From Candidatus Neptunichlamydia sp. (GTDB taxonomy: Bacteria; Chlamydiota; Chlamydiia; Chlamydiales; Simkaniaceae), in the NCBI GenBank assembly GCA_965233865.1, contig OZ247587.1, positions 1,248,001-1,312,000 on the forward strand: DNA of 64,000 bases, in the 5' to 3' direction. Position numbers and translations under genes: made by a program. Within the stretch, counting starts at the first letter, position 1. Each line of letters begins with the position of its first letter. Below the pieces are notes generated by a model. The model was not told where the DNA came from. It was given only the letters and a program-made list of their open reading frames with translations, and did not search any database. Positions 11,618-21,580 of the stretch are shown here, piece after piece.

Positions 11618-11861
11618 AAATAGAGGAGAACACTGTTTTAGAAAAAAAAATAGTGAATTGACTTTGATATTTTCAGTTAAAACTTTGCTTTTGACCTCAT
11701 TAACTAACAAGTGGTCAATGTCGATCTCCAAACATAATTTTTCCGTAAAAACCTTTGAATCAATTCTGCACTTTGTTTTTTCGAAATGGTATAATATTGT
11801 ATGGATATTTACTGTTTGTGTCAATCTTGTAGTAAAGTTTTCAACGTGGTATTCTGCTGCC

Positions 11862-12542
11862 ATGATGCAAATGGAAAAAAGTTGGCACGAAGCCCTCAAA
11901 GAAGAAATGGAAAAGCCCTATATCGCGGAGCTTAAAAAATTTTTAGAAAGTGAAAAAAGAGGAGGCCAGGTCATTTTTCCTCCTGAAGAGCAAGTTTTTA
12001 ATGCTTTTCGTCAAACTCCCTACGACAAAGTTAATGTTGTTTTGATGGGACAAGATCCCTATCACGGCCCGAATCAAGCAGAAGGACTTTGTTTTAGTGT
12101 TAGGAAAGAAGTTTCTCTTCCCCCGTCGCTAAGAAACATTTATAAAGAGATGGAATCGGATGTAAAAATCCCACCAACATCTCACGGCTGTTTAATTAGC
12201 TGGGCAAAACAAGGCGTTTTAATGCTCAATGCAACCTTAACAGTTCGAAAGGGGGAACCAAAATCTCACTTCGGAAGGGGGTGGGAAACATTTACGGACG
12301 CAGTCATTCGAAAACTTTGTAGACGAGCAGACCCGCTGGTTTTTATCTTGTGGGGAAGGTCTGCAAAGGACAAGTGTGAAAATATTTTAAATACAATGAA
12401 ACATCCGCATGCAATTTTGACAGCAGCACACCCTTCTCCGTTTTCTTCAACGCAGTTTTTTGGGTGCCGCCACTTTTCGAAAACAAATGCCGTTTTAAAA
12501 GAGTGGGGGAAGACCCCGGTGAACTGGTCTGTGGATGGATAA
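11862..12542 (+). CDS. ung: Uracil-DNA glycosylase
   Basis: GQDPYH, LPPSLRNI, QGVLMLN, HPSP. Start moved to ATG 11862, downstream of the tRNA. Confidence 0.96.
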   Translation: MMQMEKSWHEALKEEMEKPYIAELKKFLESEKRGGQVIFPPEEQVFNAFRQTPYDKVNVVLMGQDPYHGPNQAEGLCFSVRKEVSLPPSLRNIYKEMESDVKIPPTSHGCLISWAKQGVLMLNATLTVRKGEPKSHFGRGWETFTDAVIRKLCRRADPLVFILWGRSAKDKCENILNTMKHPHAILTAAHPSPFSSTQFFGCRHFSKTNAVLKEWGKTPVNWSVDG

Positions 12543-13767
12543 GGAAGTTGTTAAACAAAAAACCTCCCTCTTTTCGATTTTCTTCACCTTTGCGGTAGAC
12601 AATTTAGGTGCAACAATTGTCTTTCCTATTTTTGCCCCTCTTTTTTTAGAACCTTCAAAAGGGTTGATCGGGGCAGATAATTCCCTTGCTTATAAAACAA
12701 CAATGCTCGGATTATTCTTAGGAATTTTCCCCTTTATGCAGTTTATTTTTGCACCGATCATGGGGGAGTATGCTGATCATCACGGAAGAAAAAAGGCCCT
12801 TCTATTAACGACTTTCTTAACCTTTGTTGGGTATGCACTTAGTGCTTTTGGAATTCATCACCACTCCCTTTTTATGATCTTCTGTGCAAGGCTTATCATG
12901 GGGGTTGGAGCTGGAAATCTCTCTATTTGTCTTTCCTCTTTATCTGATCTAAGCCCCAGCCCTAGGAAGAAGGTCCGTTATTATAGTTACGGTTCAGCGG
13001 TCGCTGGTTTAACATTCATTCTTGGTCCCTTCGTTGGAGGAAAGCTCTCAGACCCTTCAATTTCTCCATTATTTGATTCCTCCTTCCCCATGTTTATTGG
13101 TGCAATACTTGGTTTAATTAATGTTCTGTTTATTCTCCTTGCCTTTGGGGAAACTTTAGAAAACCCTTCTAAAAACCCCTTTGATTTCATCAAAGGAATT
13201 CGCAATATTCAGCTTGCCCTCAAAACAGACTCGATCAAGAGCCTTTATCTCATCTATTTTTTCTATCTTTTTTCATGGAACATTATTTTCCTTTTCGTGC
13301 CGGCCTTTGTTGTTGAAAACTTTCATTTAAGTAATTCCAAGATTGGAGACATTTGCGCGCTTCTTGGAATCTGTTGGATTTTTGGAACGGGGGTGTTGCA
13401 CCGCCTTTTCTACCACACGGTCAACCCAAAGTGGATTCTTCTTACGTCCTTTATTGCCTTTGGATTGCTGGTCGTTTTTATCCCCTATCCTCACTCTTTA
13501 AAAGGGTTCCTTATTACCTTGGGGGGATGCACTATCATTTCAGGGTTGATTTGGCCTTTATGCACGAGCGCAATTTCTAACGCAGCGCCCCCAGACATCC
13601 AAGGTAAGGTTTTGGGTTTGAGCCAATCAATGCTTTCTCTAACAATGATGTTTTCTTCGGTTCTTGGGGGACTATTTCTTCATGTGCATTCGATGATTCC
13701 ATTTGTATTTTCAAGCATTTCTGCCTTAGTTGCAGCTGCGGTCCTTCTCCAGGTAAAAGTTGAATGA
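12535..13767 (+). CDS. MFS transporter (TetA/DHA1-like)
   Basis: About 12 TM segments; motif A GEYADHHGRK. Confidence 0.88.
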   Translation: MDKEVVKQKTSLFSIFFTFAVDNLGATIVFPIFAPLFLEPSKGLIGADNSLAYKTTMLGLFLGIFPFMQFIFAPIMGEYADHHGRKKALLLTTFLTFVGYALSAFGIHHHSLFMIFCARLIMGVGAGNLSICLSSLSDLSPSPRKKVRYYSYGSAVAGLTFILGPFVGGKLSDPSISPLFDSSFPMFIGAILGLINVLFILLAFGETLENPSKNPFDFIKGIRNIQLALKTDSIKSLYLIYFFYLFSWNIIFLFVPAFVVENFHLSNSKIGDICALLGICWIFGTGVLHRLFYHTVNPKWILLTSFIAFGLLVVFIPYPHSLKGFLITLGGCTIISGLIWPLCTSAISNAAPPDIQGKVLGLSQSMLSLTMMFSSVLGGLFLHVHSMIPFVFSSISALVAAAVLLQVKVE

Positions 13768-14657
13768 ACCTTGAAGAAGCCATAGACTCTATTTGTAAGC
13801 CCTATTCGCAAAAAACACTTGTACAAGCAGCCGCAGAGCTGTCAGAGAGGTATCACCATAAACAAGCTCACGCTACCGAGCTTCACCGGATTGCATATGT
13901 AGTAACCCGCCTCCCCGCAACATATGCTGTTTTAAGGAAGGTCTTTTCTCAAATTGAAACACCTCCAACTGTCCTTGATTGCGGAGGCGGCCCAGGAACC
14001 TCGATCTGGGCTCTCCTTGACCATCCTATCGACAACCTCACCCTAATCGAACAAGACCCTGAATTTGTGCGGCTAGGAAAAAAACTCTCTCCTAAAACAC
14101 CCTTTTCCGTCACCTGGAAGACCGGAAGCTTTCTTAATCTTAAAGACTCTGCCGACCTCCTCCTTTTTTCCTATTCTCTCAATGAAATTCCCCAAGAAAA
14201 ACTACCTGCCGTGATCGAAAAAGCTCATGGATTAACAAACAACTTCCTCGTTGTTGTTGAACCAGGCACTCCAGAAGGTTTTGAGCGCGTTCGAAAAATC
14301 CGCATTCAGCTTCTTTCCCTAGGGATGTCTCTCCATGCCCCCTGTCCCCATCATAATAGTTGCCCTATGTTTAACGGAGACTGGTGCCATTTTTCGGCGC
14401 GCCTTTCTCGCACGACGCTTCACCGCACGCTTAAAAGGGGATCGCTTGGCCATGAAGACGAAAAGTATTCCTATATCATCGCCTCTAAAAAAACTTTCGC
14501 CCCATCCGGCGCGCGCATTCTCCGTACGCCACTCAAGCGCAAGGGACACACCGTTGCAACCCTCTGCACCGAAGAAGGGCTCGTTCAAAAAACCTTCACA
14601 GGCAAAGAGCGAAAAAAACTCCATTGGGGGGATCTAGTAACCGACAATGAGTCATGA
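13764..14657 (+). CDS. Rsm22-like SAM-dependent methyltransferase
   Basis: VLDCGGGPGT, VEPGTPEGF, APCPH-x3-CP-x5-WCHF. Confidence 0.8.
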   Translation: MNLEEAIDSICKPYSQKTLVQAAAELSERYHHKQAHATELHRIAYVVTRLPATYAVLRKVFSQIETPPTVLDCGGGPGTSIWALLDHPIDNLTLIEQDPEFVRLGKKLSPKTPFSVTWKTGSFLNLKDSADLLLFSYSLNEIPQEKLPAVIEKAHGLTNNFLVVVEPGTPEGFERVRKIRIQLLSLGMSLHAPCPHHNSCPMFNGDWCHFSARLSRTTLHRTLKRGSLGHEDEKYSYIIASKKTFAPSGARILRTPLKRKGHTVATLCTEEGLVQKTFTGKERKKLHWGDLVTDNES

Positions 14658-14711
14658 ATCAAATCAATTGCCGCTTGGGCTTGCTATCTAAGAGTGCTGA
14701 TTTCTAGAGAA

Positions 14712-15077
14712 TCATTCTTTGGTCAATTCTTCGTAAACAAGCTTAGCGTATTCTCGGACCTTATGCCAGTTGAGGTCAGCAACGATTTCTGCATCATTCT
14801 CAGGACAGTCGTCACTCGAATCATAGATATCCACTATATCGTAGAGTTTCTTAAGCATTTGGTACTGTAGATTAGTAAGCTGAATATCGCTATCATTTCT
14901 ACTTTCTAAAACAGCATCGGCATCTTCAATGAAATATATGACAGTATTTTCATAACAGGCATAGTCTTTTGGGTTTTTGCGAGCTACCCATTGACAAGTT
15001 TGGTATGCTTTATCCGACATTTCCTTGATCGTGTCAATAATTGAAAGAAAAGCAGGGGCTTTTTTGTTCTTTTCCAT
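14712..15077 (-). CDS. Putative immunity protein
   Basis: Small acidic ORF directly downstream of a toxin-like C-terminus. Confidence 0.5.
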   Translation of the reverse strand: MEKNKKAPAFLSIIDTIKEMSDKAYQTCQWVARKNPKDYACYENTVIYFIEDADAVLESRNDSDIQLTNLQYQMLKKLYDIVDIYDSSDDCPENDAEIVADLNWHKVREYAKLVYEELTKE

Positions 15078-15079
15078 TG

Positions 15080-15820
15080 CTACCATCCTTTGAATTCAAA
15101 CTTCCCAAGGGGGATGTGAGCTTCTTCTAGGTTTCTGTTAATAAGCTTCCCCGATTTGGTGACCGCATCAGCACTTCCTCTTTGCACAACGTAGGGCTCT
15201 CTTTGCGAAAGGTTTGGACTTTTGGGATTGCCAGGCATTACACGCACTTGGATGCATTGCTTATTTGCTGTTCCTGGCTTAATATAGACCATACTACCAC
15301 TTTTCTCGGAGATTTTAACAACGGCATCTCTTGAAAGCCCTTTGGGTCTGCGGAATGTTTTGAAGCCTGCTTGATGAAGGATTTTGCGAATCTGATGCTC
15401 AGATAGGGATTGAGCACAGAAGGCTTTGTAAAGCTCTTTTTCGAGGCGCTTGGTGTTTTTAAATTCCTGGATGAGAGAAGTGGTTTTCCCTCGCCAGGTT
15501 TCCTGGTGGGCGGAAATAATTTGGCGCGCTTTAAGCGATTTGGACAATCTATTCAGGGTGAGAGAGGCATTTGCTTCTCGAAGCTCTCTGAAAATCTGGA
15601 TGCCTTTCTTTGTTCTTTTAAGAAGAGCAAGCTCCACTCCAACTTTTCCAGCTATGATTCCTATGAGCTCTCCTTGCCTTAAGTAGGATAGCTGGTCGCC
15701 GCCTTTGATAAGTTCTTGCGCTTCAGGAAGCATTTGATAGAGGACTCCTCCAGCCCCTTCTTCCTTGATATACTGAATGGCGTGCTCAAAGGCTTGGCAC
15801 AACTCTCTTGAGATTTCCGT
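15080..15820 (-). pseudogene. 5'-truncated polymorphic toxin-like gene (putative nuclease tip)
   Basis: C-terminus VRVMPGNPKSPNLSQREPYV...AHIPL resembles RHS-type toxin tips. Its 5' part is replaced at ~15820 by sequence matching 33565-33600. Confidence 0.55.
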
Positions 15821-15854
15821 TGTGAATAATATGAATTATTAGGCATTGACATAT

Positions 15855-16307
15855 TTACATTTTCTCTTTGAATATTTTTGTTATTTTTTGCACGTGCTCG
15901 GTTAACCCCTCAAGAGGAACGCATTCTGATATCTGGTTACTACCAATACGATTTTTACAAACGGGACATGGAATTCCAGATTCTTTTGTTACTTTGTTTG
16001 AAAATATAAGGCTTTGGATAGTCTCTTTATTAAAAACATGCCCACACTTAAACACCCCAGGGATATTTTTAACCGTAAAAGGTTCATACGTCACAGGATC
16101 CAGTGCATCAGGAGGCAGTTCCTCACATAGAGGTCTTAGCTCTTCTACGATTCTGTCATTCATTGTCTTTTGAGCTTTTACATCGCGTATTTCAAGCTCT
16201 CGACCTTTCAGCTCTGCCCTTGCTTCGTTTTCTTGAGTTTTGAGTTGCTCGCGGATGAATTTTTCAAAGTAAATGGTGTTATTCTGAATGCTTAATATGG
16301 CTGTCAT
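15855..16307 (-). CDS. U-box/SP-RING-like family protein, copy 1
   Basis: ELRPLCEELPPDALDPVT...CGH...CPVC; near-identical to 33601-34053. Confidence 0.85.
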   Translation of the reverse strand: MTAILSIQNNTIYFEKFIREQLKTQENEARAELKGRELEIRDVKAQKTMNDRIVEELRPLCEELPPDALDPVTYEPFTVKNIPGVFKCGHVFNKETIQSLIFSNKVTKESGIPCPVCKNRIGSNQISECVPLEGLTEHVQKITKIFKEKM

Positions 16308-16417
16308 CTTTTTTATCCTCTTACCTTTATTATAACATACATTGCACGAGATGCTTGCATGAAATCGTTCAAAATCAAAAATATTTTAGACCTTCGTTTC
16401 ATAAAAATTCAACGCTT

Positions 16418-17693
16418 TATAATGGTCCCAGAGATTCGAGCCACTTGTAAGCTAGTTTTCTCCCGATAAAAGGAGAACAGAAATGGCAAAAACAAGAAAA
16501 AAATATTCCGCTGAATTTAAGCTGAAGGTGGTGCTTGAAGTTTTGAAAGGAGAGAAAACGGCAGGAGAGCTTGCTGGGAAATTTGAAGTTCACCCTTTAG
16601 TCCTTGGAGGGTGGAAAAGACACTTTAAAGCCACGGCAGCCCAAATTTTTGAGAAAAGCAATAAGCGTTTGATTACCAAAGAAGAGGAGCAGGAAAAAGG
16701 AGAGTTATTTGAGCAAATTGGAAGGCTAAAAATGGAGCTGGAATGGCTTAAAAAAAAGTACACGGCTTTGAGTTAGCTCTGAGAAAATCTCTTATAGATG
16801 CAGGTGATACTGAGCTATCACAGAGAAAGCAGTGTGAGCTTCTGGGATTAAGTAGATCGACCCTATACTACGTTGAGAACATTCCTAAAAAAGAAGACTT
16901 AGACTTAATGAAAGCAATTGATAAAGAATATCTTAGAAACCCATTTTATGGGAGACGTAGGATGACATTAGAAATGCGCGACCAAGGATTTTTCGTTGGA
17001 GAAAAAAAAGTCAGGACTGCCATGAAAAAAATGGGATTAGAAGCGATTTACCCAAAGCCTAATTTGAGCAAGCCACATCAGGAGCACAAGAAATATCCAT
17101 ATTTGATGAGGTCTGTAAAGGTAGACCGTTCTGACCAAGTGTGGGCTGCAGACATCACGTATATTCCGCTTCAAGGTGGATTTGCATATTTATTTGCAAT
17201 TATTGATTGGTACAGCAGGTTTATCCTTGAATGGGAGCTCTCAAATCTCCTTGATACAGATTTTTGCATAGAGGCTTTGGAAAGAAGTTTGAAAAAAAGC
17301 TGCCCAGAAATTTTCAATACAGATCAGGGAGTGCAGTTCACAAGCTTGTGCTTTACTAAGAGATTAGAAAAAGAGGGTGTGAAAATCAGCATGGACGGGA
17401 AAGGGAGAGCTCTTGATAATATTTTCATAGAGCGTCTTTGGAGAAGTGTGAAGTATGAGGATATTTATCCTAAAGGGTATGAAAGCCTTAAAGAACTAAA
17501 AAAGGGACTAGAGGTGTATTTTGAGTTTTATAATGGACAGCGCCGTCACTAGAGTTTGGGATATCAGACGCCGTCAGAGATCTATTATGGAACAGGCCTT
17601 GAGGTCTAAAGAAGGAATAAGAACTGAATTTAACATCAGGAAAAACTAGCTTAACTTTTGCAAATTTTGGTCTTGACGTCTGGGACCACCATA
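16418..17693 (+). mobile_element. IS3-family insertion sequence
   Basis: IRs TATAATGGTCCCAGA / TCTGGGACCACCATA. 3-bp target duplication CTT at 16415-16417 and 17694-17696; empty site at ~34801. Confidence 0.93.
16483..17609 (+). pseudogene. IS3 transposase orfA/orfB (-1 frameshift) with late nonsense codon
   Basis: orfA HTH 16483-16776; A8G slippery site at ~16750; DDE motifs WAADITY, NTDQG, IERLWRS; RRH*SLGYQTP stop at 17550-17552. Confidence 0.85.
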
Positions 17694-17776
17694 CTTGCTG
17701 TTTATTGGATTTATATTTGCTGGTAAAGCTACAAAGGGATAAAATGAGAATTAAACGAAAACAATGGATGATAATC

Positions 17777-18058
17777 ATGGACTGGACGCAAGCACTTACT
17801 GTTATAGGAGTTTTCATTGGTGGGTTTATCTACATGATGAACAAAATGGACTCTCATCAAAAAGAAAACAATACTCGCTTTAATGGCATAGAAAACCGTC
17901 TCACTGCCATGGAAGTTGAAGTTAAAAACATCAATCAAAGAATCGATGACTTTAAACATGAAACAAGCCAAAGACTCTCTACGATTGAAGGGTATCTAGT
18001 CCCAAAGAAGGTATTTCACTTTGAGGAAAATAAAGACGAAGAACCCAAAGAAAACTGA
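17777..18058 (+). CDS. Small TM + coiled-coil protein, copy 1
   Basis: MDWTQALTVIGVFIGGFIYM TM followed by a heptad coiled coil; four copies in the island. Confidence 0.75.
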   Translation: MDWTQALTVIGVFIGGFIYMMNKMDSHQKENNTRFNGIENRLTAMEVEVKNINQRIDDFKHETSQRLSTIEGYLVPKKVFHFEENKDEEPKEN

Positions 18059-18186
18059 GCCTCTAGTATGCTAACTGACAATGAAATGCTACAAAAACTT
18101 CAGGAATCTTTAGAGATAAGATTCGATGATCAACGGGATTTATTCATAAGAGAGGACGATAGCGGCAATGGGCAGTTATTGATGTT

Positions 18187-18732
18187 TTAGCAGAGCTTCA
18201 AGTCTCCGCTCATTCCGGTTTCTATTGCTTCAATAAGGCCTGTGCTGTTGTATATGCCCCTTTCTGGATAATTTGTCTGTTCTTCTAAAGAAAGATTTCC
18301 AATATGCCAAGACTTCTCCCCATTCCATAAGTACCAATTCGCTTCCTCTGGACTAGGCTTTTTAAATAGAAATTTCATGCTTTTGAAAATAGGGAACTCT
18401 TGAGCAAAGGCAGGAACAGGAAAGTTTCCAACACGTTCCCAATCACCTACGTTTACACCATGATGAACCGGGCAGAAAGTTTGGAACCTATGAGCCTTTT
18501 CTACACTTTTTTGAAGTTCTTCTATGGAGGGCCTTTTTTGGTAGAATTTCTCAAGAATACGAATCAAGCTCCCATAAACAGGTGGTCCTGTATGCTCATG
18601 AGTATATTGCACATATGCCAGGCCTCTAGATGTAGGAATCTCAATAACATCGCCAATTTTTTTCCTTACACGGCGAATGCATTTTGGAATCTCGGATCGT
18701 TTGGTTTTTGGTCTTTTGATAGATATACTCAT
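18187..18732 (-). CDS. Imm26-like immunity protein, copy 1
   Basis: KIGDVIEIPTSRGLAYVQY...GSLIRI; immediately downstream of the toxin. Confidence 0.65.
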   Translation of the reverse strand: MSISIKRPKTKRSEIPKCIRRVRKKIGDVIEIPTSRGLAYVQYTHEHTGPPVYGSLIRILEKFYQKRPSIEELQKSVEKAHRFQTFCPVHHGVNVGDWERVGNFPVPAFAQEFPIFKSMKFLFKKPSPEEANWYLWNGEKSWHIGNLSLEEQTNYPERGIYNSTGLIEAIETGMSGDLKLC

Positions 18733-18733
18733 T

Positions 18734-20176
18734 TCATTCCTCTATGTATCCTGCTTCCTGCAATATTTCTGAACCTCTTACGAGTGCTTTGTGATATTTA
18801 GGATTAGACTCCGCAATGCTGTTTATCTTGTTTATCAGTGTACCCCCATTTTTCTCTAGTTTGTGCATTTCAATCAAGGTTTGTTCTACAGCTCTTGCAT
18901 CTGATCTTGTAAGGTTTGAAATACCCTCCATTTCATCCACTTTTATCCCTTTTGATTTCCAGTGTTCCAACTGCCTTCTAGATAGATTATTGGTAATACC
19001 AACGTATTGTACTTCATCAGTTGCTTTATCTATCGATCTGTATGCCGAGATATTCCCCTGCTCCCTAACTACAGGAATCTGAACTTCAACTTGTGGCGTA
19101 TTTGCTCTAGGGATTGGAGGATTCGTTGTAGTAGTCGTAGTCAGAGCACTTCCCGCAGCACCAGTAATAGCCATACCTTTTACAACACCAGAAGCTTTTG
19201 CAACTTTAACTATGGCCTTTGCACTCTTCGCGATCTTAGCAGGCTTACTTAATTGGCTACCAGGAACCGGTACAAAACAAAATACTACGTCCTTGCCAAG
19301 TTCTTTGAGTAATTCTCCCATAGTTTCAGGAGTTGAAGAAGATTTAAAGCTGCCATATTGTCCGGCGTAGTCAGTATTAAAAGATTGGTCTATCTTATCA
19401 TGCAGACGATCGCTAAACGGAACCACGTCATTGCTAAAGAATTCATCGAAAGGTTCCCTTTTTGGAGGGTAATCATCGTATAAAAAGGAATTCATTTTTC
19501 CTAAAGATTCGACAAAGTTAGCTGTTCCATCAACGAAATTATGAACAACATAAGAGCCAACCTCTCGCGCTTTTTCGGCTGCTTGTGACCAAAACGAAGC
19601 TTCGTCTTTCTTTGGAATATTTAAGTTATTTGCAGCTAGCACAGGTTCTTGACTGAGCTCTTCTTTAAGAGTGGTGTTTTGTCTTTCGATAGTTTCTTTT
19701 AGGAGAGCACTTTTCTCGGGTATCGGCTCTAATTGTGGAGTGATCTTTGGTATTAAAGCTTCTATTTCTTTCGGTCGATCATAGTCACAATGGCTTGGAT
19801 AATAGGGATCGTTAAACGAATCAGCGTGAGGTTCTTCTTCATAAATCTCCCCAGCCTTATTTACAGGTGTTCGTGGTTTGGGATTGTTTTTTGGATTCGT
19901 TTCTCCATTGGCATCATAATCTACAGCAGCAGCTCCCGCAGCAATAACAGGCGCAGCAGCTCCACTTGTAGCGATGATAACCACAGTTGCAGCAACTACA
20001 ACAACAGCTGAGATAATCACTACCTTTTTGTTTCTTTTGACGAATTTCTTAGTGCTTTTCCATGTGTTTGATACCCAACTGCAATTGATAATCTTTAGAG
20101 ATTGATACCCATTTAATACCGCAGGAACAGCCTTAACGCCGTAATCTTCATATCTTTTAGGGACGACCACCACCAT
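18734..20176 (-). CDS. Polymorphic toxin with URI/GIY-YIG-like nuclease tip, copy 1
   Basis: C-terminus YR...YVGITNNLSRRQLEH...ARAVEQTLI...LINKINSI; hydrophobic N-region. Confidence 0.7.
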   Translation of the reverse strand: MVVVVPKRYEDYGVKAVPAVLNGYQSLKIINCSWVSNTWKSTKKFVKRNKKVVIISAVVVVAATVVIIATSGAAAPVIAAGAAAVDYDANGETNPKNNPKPRTPVNKAGEIYEEEPHADSFNDPYYPSHCDYDRPKEIEALIPKITPQLEPIPEKSALLKETIERQNTTLKEELSQEPVLAANNLNIPKKDEASFWSQAAEKAREVGSYVVHNFVDGTANFVESLGKMNSFLYDDYPPKREPFDEFFSNDVVPFSDRLHDKIDQSFNTDYAGQYGSFKSSSTPETMGELLKELGKDVVFCFVPVPGSQLSKPAKIAKSAKAIVKVAKASGVVKGMAITGAAGSALTTTTTTNPPIPRANTPQVEVQIPVVREQGNISAYRSIDKATDEVQYVGITNNLSRRQLEHWKSKGIKVDEMEGISNLTRSDARAVEQTLIEMHKLEKNGGTLINKINSIAESNPKYHKALVRGSEILQEAGYIEE

Positions 20177-20481
20177 CCTCCGTTTCCCTCATTACATTCG
20201 CATTCATCATCAAAAGCTAATTCTGAATTATTTGGTTCTCCTCTAAGCCATTTGATGTCTTCTTCGAGTTGAGCCTTAGCTTCAAGATCGTCGTCGCGAA
20301 TGCCATTTCTAGCCAAGAAAATGACAAACTCCATGACTTGACTGGTCTGTGCTTCAGTTAGGTGCTTTTCTAAGGTGTTGCCATAAGCTACTTCATAAAG
20401 GAAATCTATGATGTGCTGATAGGAAAGAGTTTCGTAATTGAGTAAGTCCCAAGGCGAAAAGTTTGTGTAATCGCCTTCAGA
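20113..20481 (-). pseudogene. Truncated N-terminal segment of the toxin gene
   Basis: Matches 37262-37622; out of frame with the toxin ORF and cut at ~20481. Confidence 0.65.
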
Positions 20482-20717
20482 ATGGCCTTGAGATACCTTC
20501 CAAAGTGAGCTTTTTGTAGATAATTTAAGAGCTTTCTTCTTGCAAAGACATATCTTACTAAGAGCGCTCTCATGCCTAAGAACTCCTTAGTTTCCTTATC
20601 AACGCCATGCATGTCTATTTCTAGTCTTTGAATTTTTTCGGTATATACGCCAATCCCTACATCACATGAAGAATTGTCCTGAGGAGATGTTTGCCACCGT
20701 TTGATGATGTCGCGCAT
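20406..20717 (-). CDS. Divergent ribosomal protein S15-like ORF (3' end chimeric)
   Basis: IIKRWQTSPQDNSSCDVGIGVYTEKIQRL...RRKLLNYLQKAHFGRY parallels the S15 pattern DTGSxEVQIAxLTxRI...RRKLLxYL...RY. Confidence 0.6.
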   Translation of the reverse strand: MRDIIKRWQTSPQDNSSCDVGIGVYTEKIQRLEIDMHGVDKETKEFLGMRALLVRYVFARRKLLNYLQKAHFGRYLKAILKAITQTFRLGTYSITKLFPISTS

Positions 20718-20836
20718 GTCAACAATGTTAATACTATCAACCGTGCTTGATTTATTAGAAAGAGGCTTGCCTTTCTTGACTCTCCTCGGAGGGACAAAAT
20801 TTCGGATGGTTTTTTCGCAGTAGAAATTCTTGCCAC

Positions 20837-21331
20837 TTACTTTTTTGCTTTTTGAGATCCCAACGATGCTGTTTTTTTCTTAGGTTGTGCTTCATTATTT
20901 TTTACCGTTCTTTTAAATATTTTTGTTACTTTTTCAAGATGTTCTACCGTTTCGCCAAATGACTGGTCATATAAGAAAAACCGCCCCGTTGTTTCAGATC
21001 TACAAATCGGACAAGGGATTTTATCGTCCATTGTGAAGCCCTTTGTTTTTCCAATCATTTCTACAGCTTTCGCGCTTAAAGCATGGCTACAACGCATCAC
21101 TAAAGGAGTTTTAATTGGTTCATACATCACTGGATCTAAAGCATATCCAGACAATTCTTCACATAAAGGCCTAAGCTCCTCAACTATCCTATCGTTCATT
21201 GTTTTTTGAGCTTTCATTTCGCGTATTTCAATCTCTCGATCTTTTAATTCTGCTCGCGCTTCAAGCTGTGATCGCATTGCTTGTTCAAAATAAGTGATGG
21301 TGCTTGTTGGTGTAATTGCTATGGCTGACAT
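20837..21331 (-). CDS. U-box/SP-RING-like family protein, copy 2
   Basis: ELRPLCEELSGYALDPVM...CSH...CPIC; start after AAGGAG. Confidence 0.85.
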   Translation of the reverse strand: MSAIAITPTSTITYFEQAMRSQLEARAELKDREIEIREMKAQKTMNDRIVEELRPLCEELSGYALDPVMYEPIKTPLVMRCSHALSAKAVEMIGKTKGFTMDDKIPCPICRSETTGRFFLYDQSFGETVEHLEKVTKIFKRTVKNNEAQPKKKTASLGSQKAKK

Positions 21332-21439
21332 CTCGTTCTCCTTGTGTCTATTATAACACATTTTACGCTGAATCGTGGCATGAATTCTCGCATTTTTAAA
21401 AATATTTTCATGTAGAAATGCAGGGAGTATATCATGAGA
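21329..21439 (-). promoter_or_regulatory. Type-A cassette promoter block (partial)
   Basis: TGTGTTATAATAGACACAAGGAGAAC-ATG: extended -10 plus SD; matches 24522-24723. Confidence 0.7.
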
Positions 21440-21580
21440 CGGATATCGAGTTTTAAGTTTATTCTTCTCTAAAAAAGTTCAATGGGAGTATCTTAGTGAA
21501 AGCTCAAGCTTAATTATTAAGGGAATGCAAATAAAAATTTAAACACTCAGATGATTAGACAACGAACAAAGGAGTTCCAA

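Noticed and set aside
11519..11899. 126-aa minus-strand ORF and the long 5' extension of ung
   Set aside because: Both overlap tRNA-Pro; UNG similarity starts at 11862.
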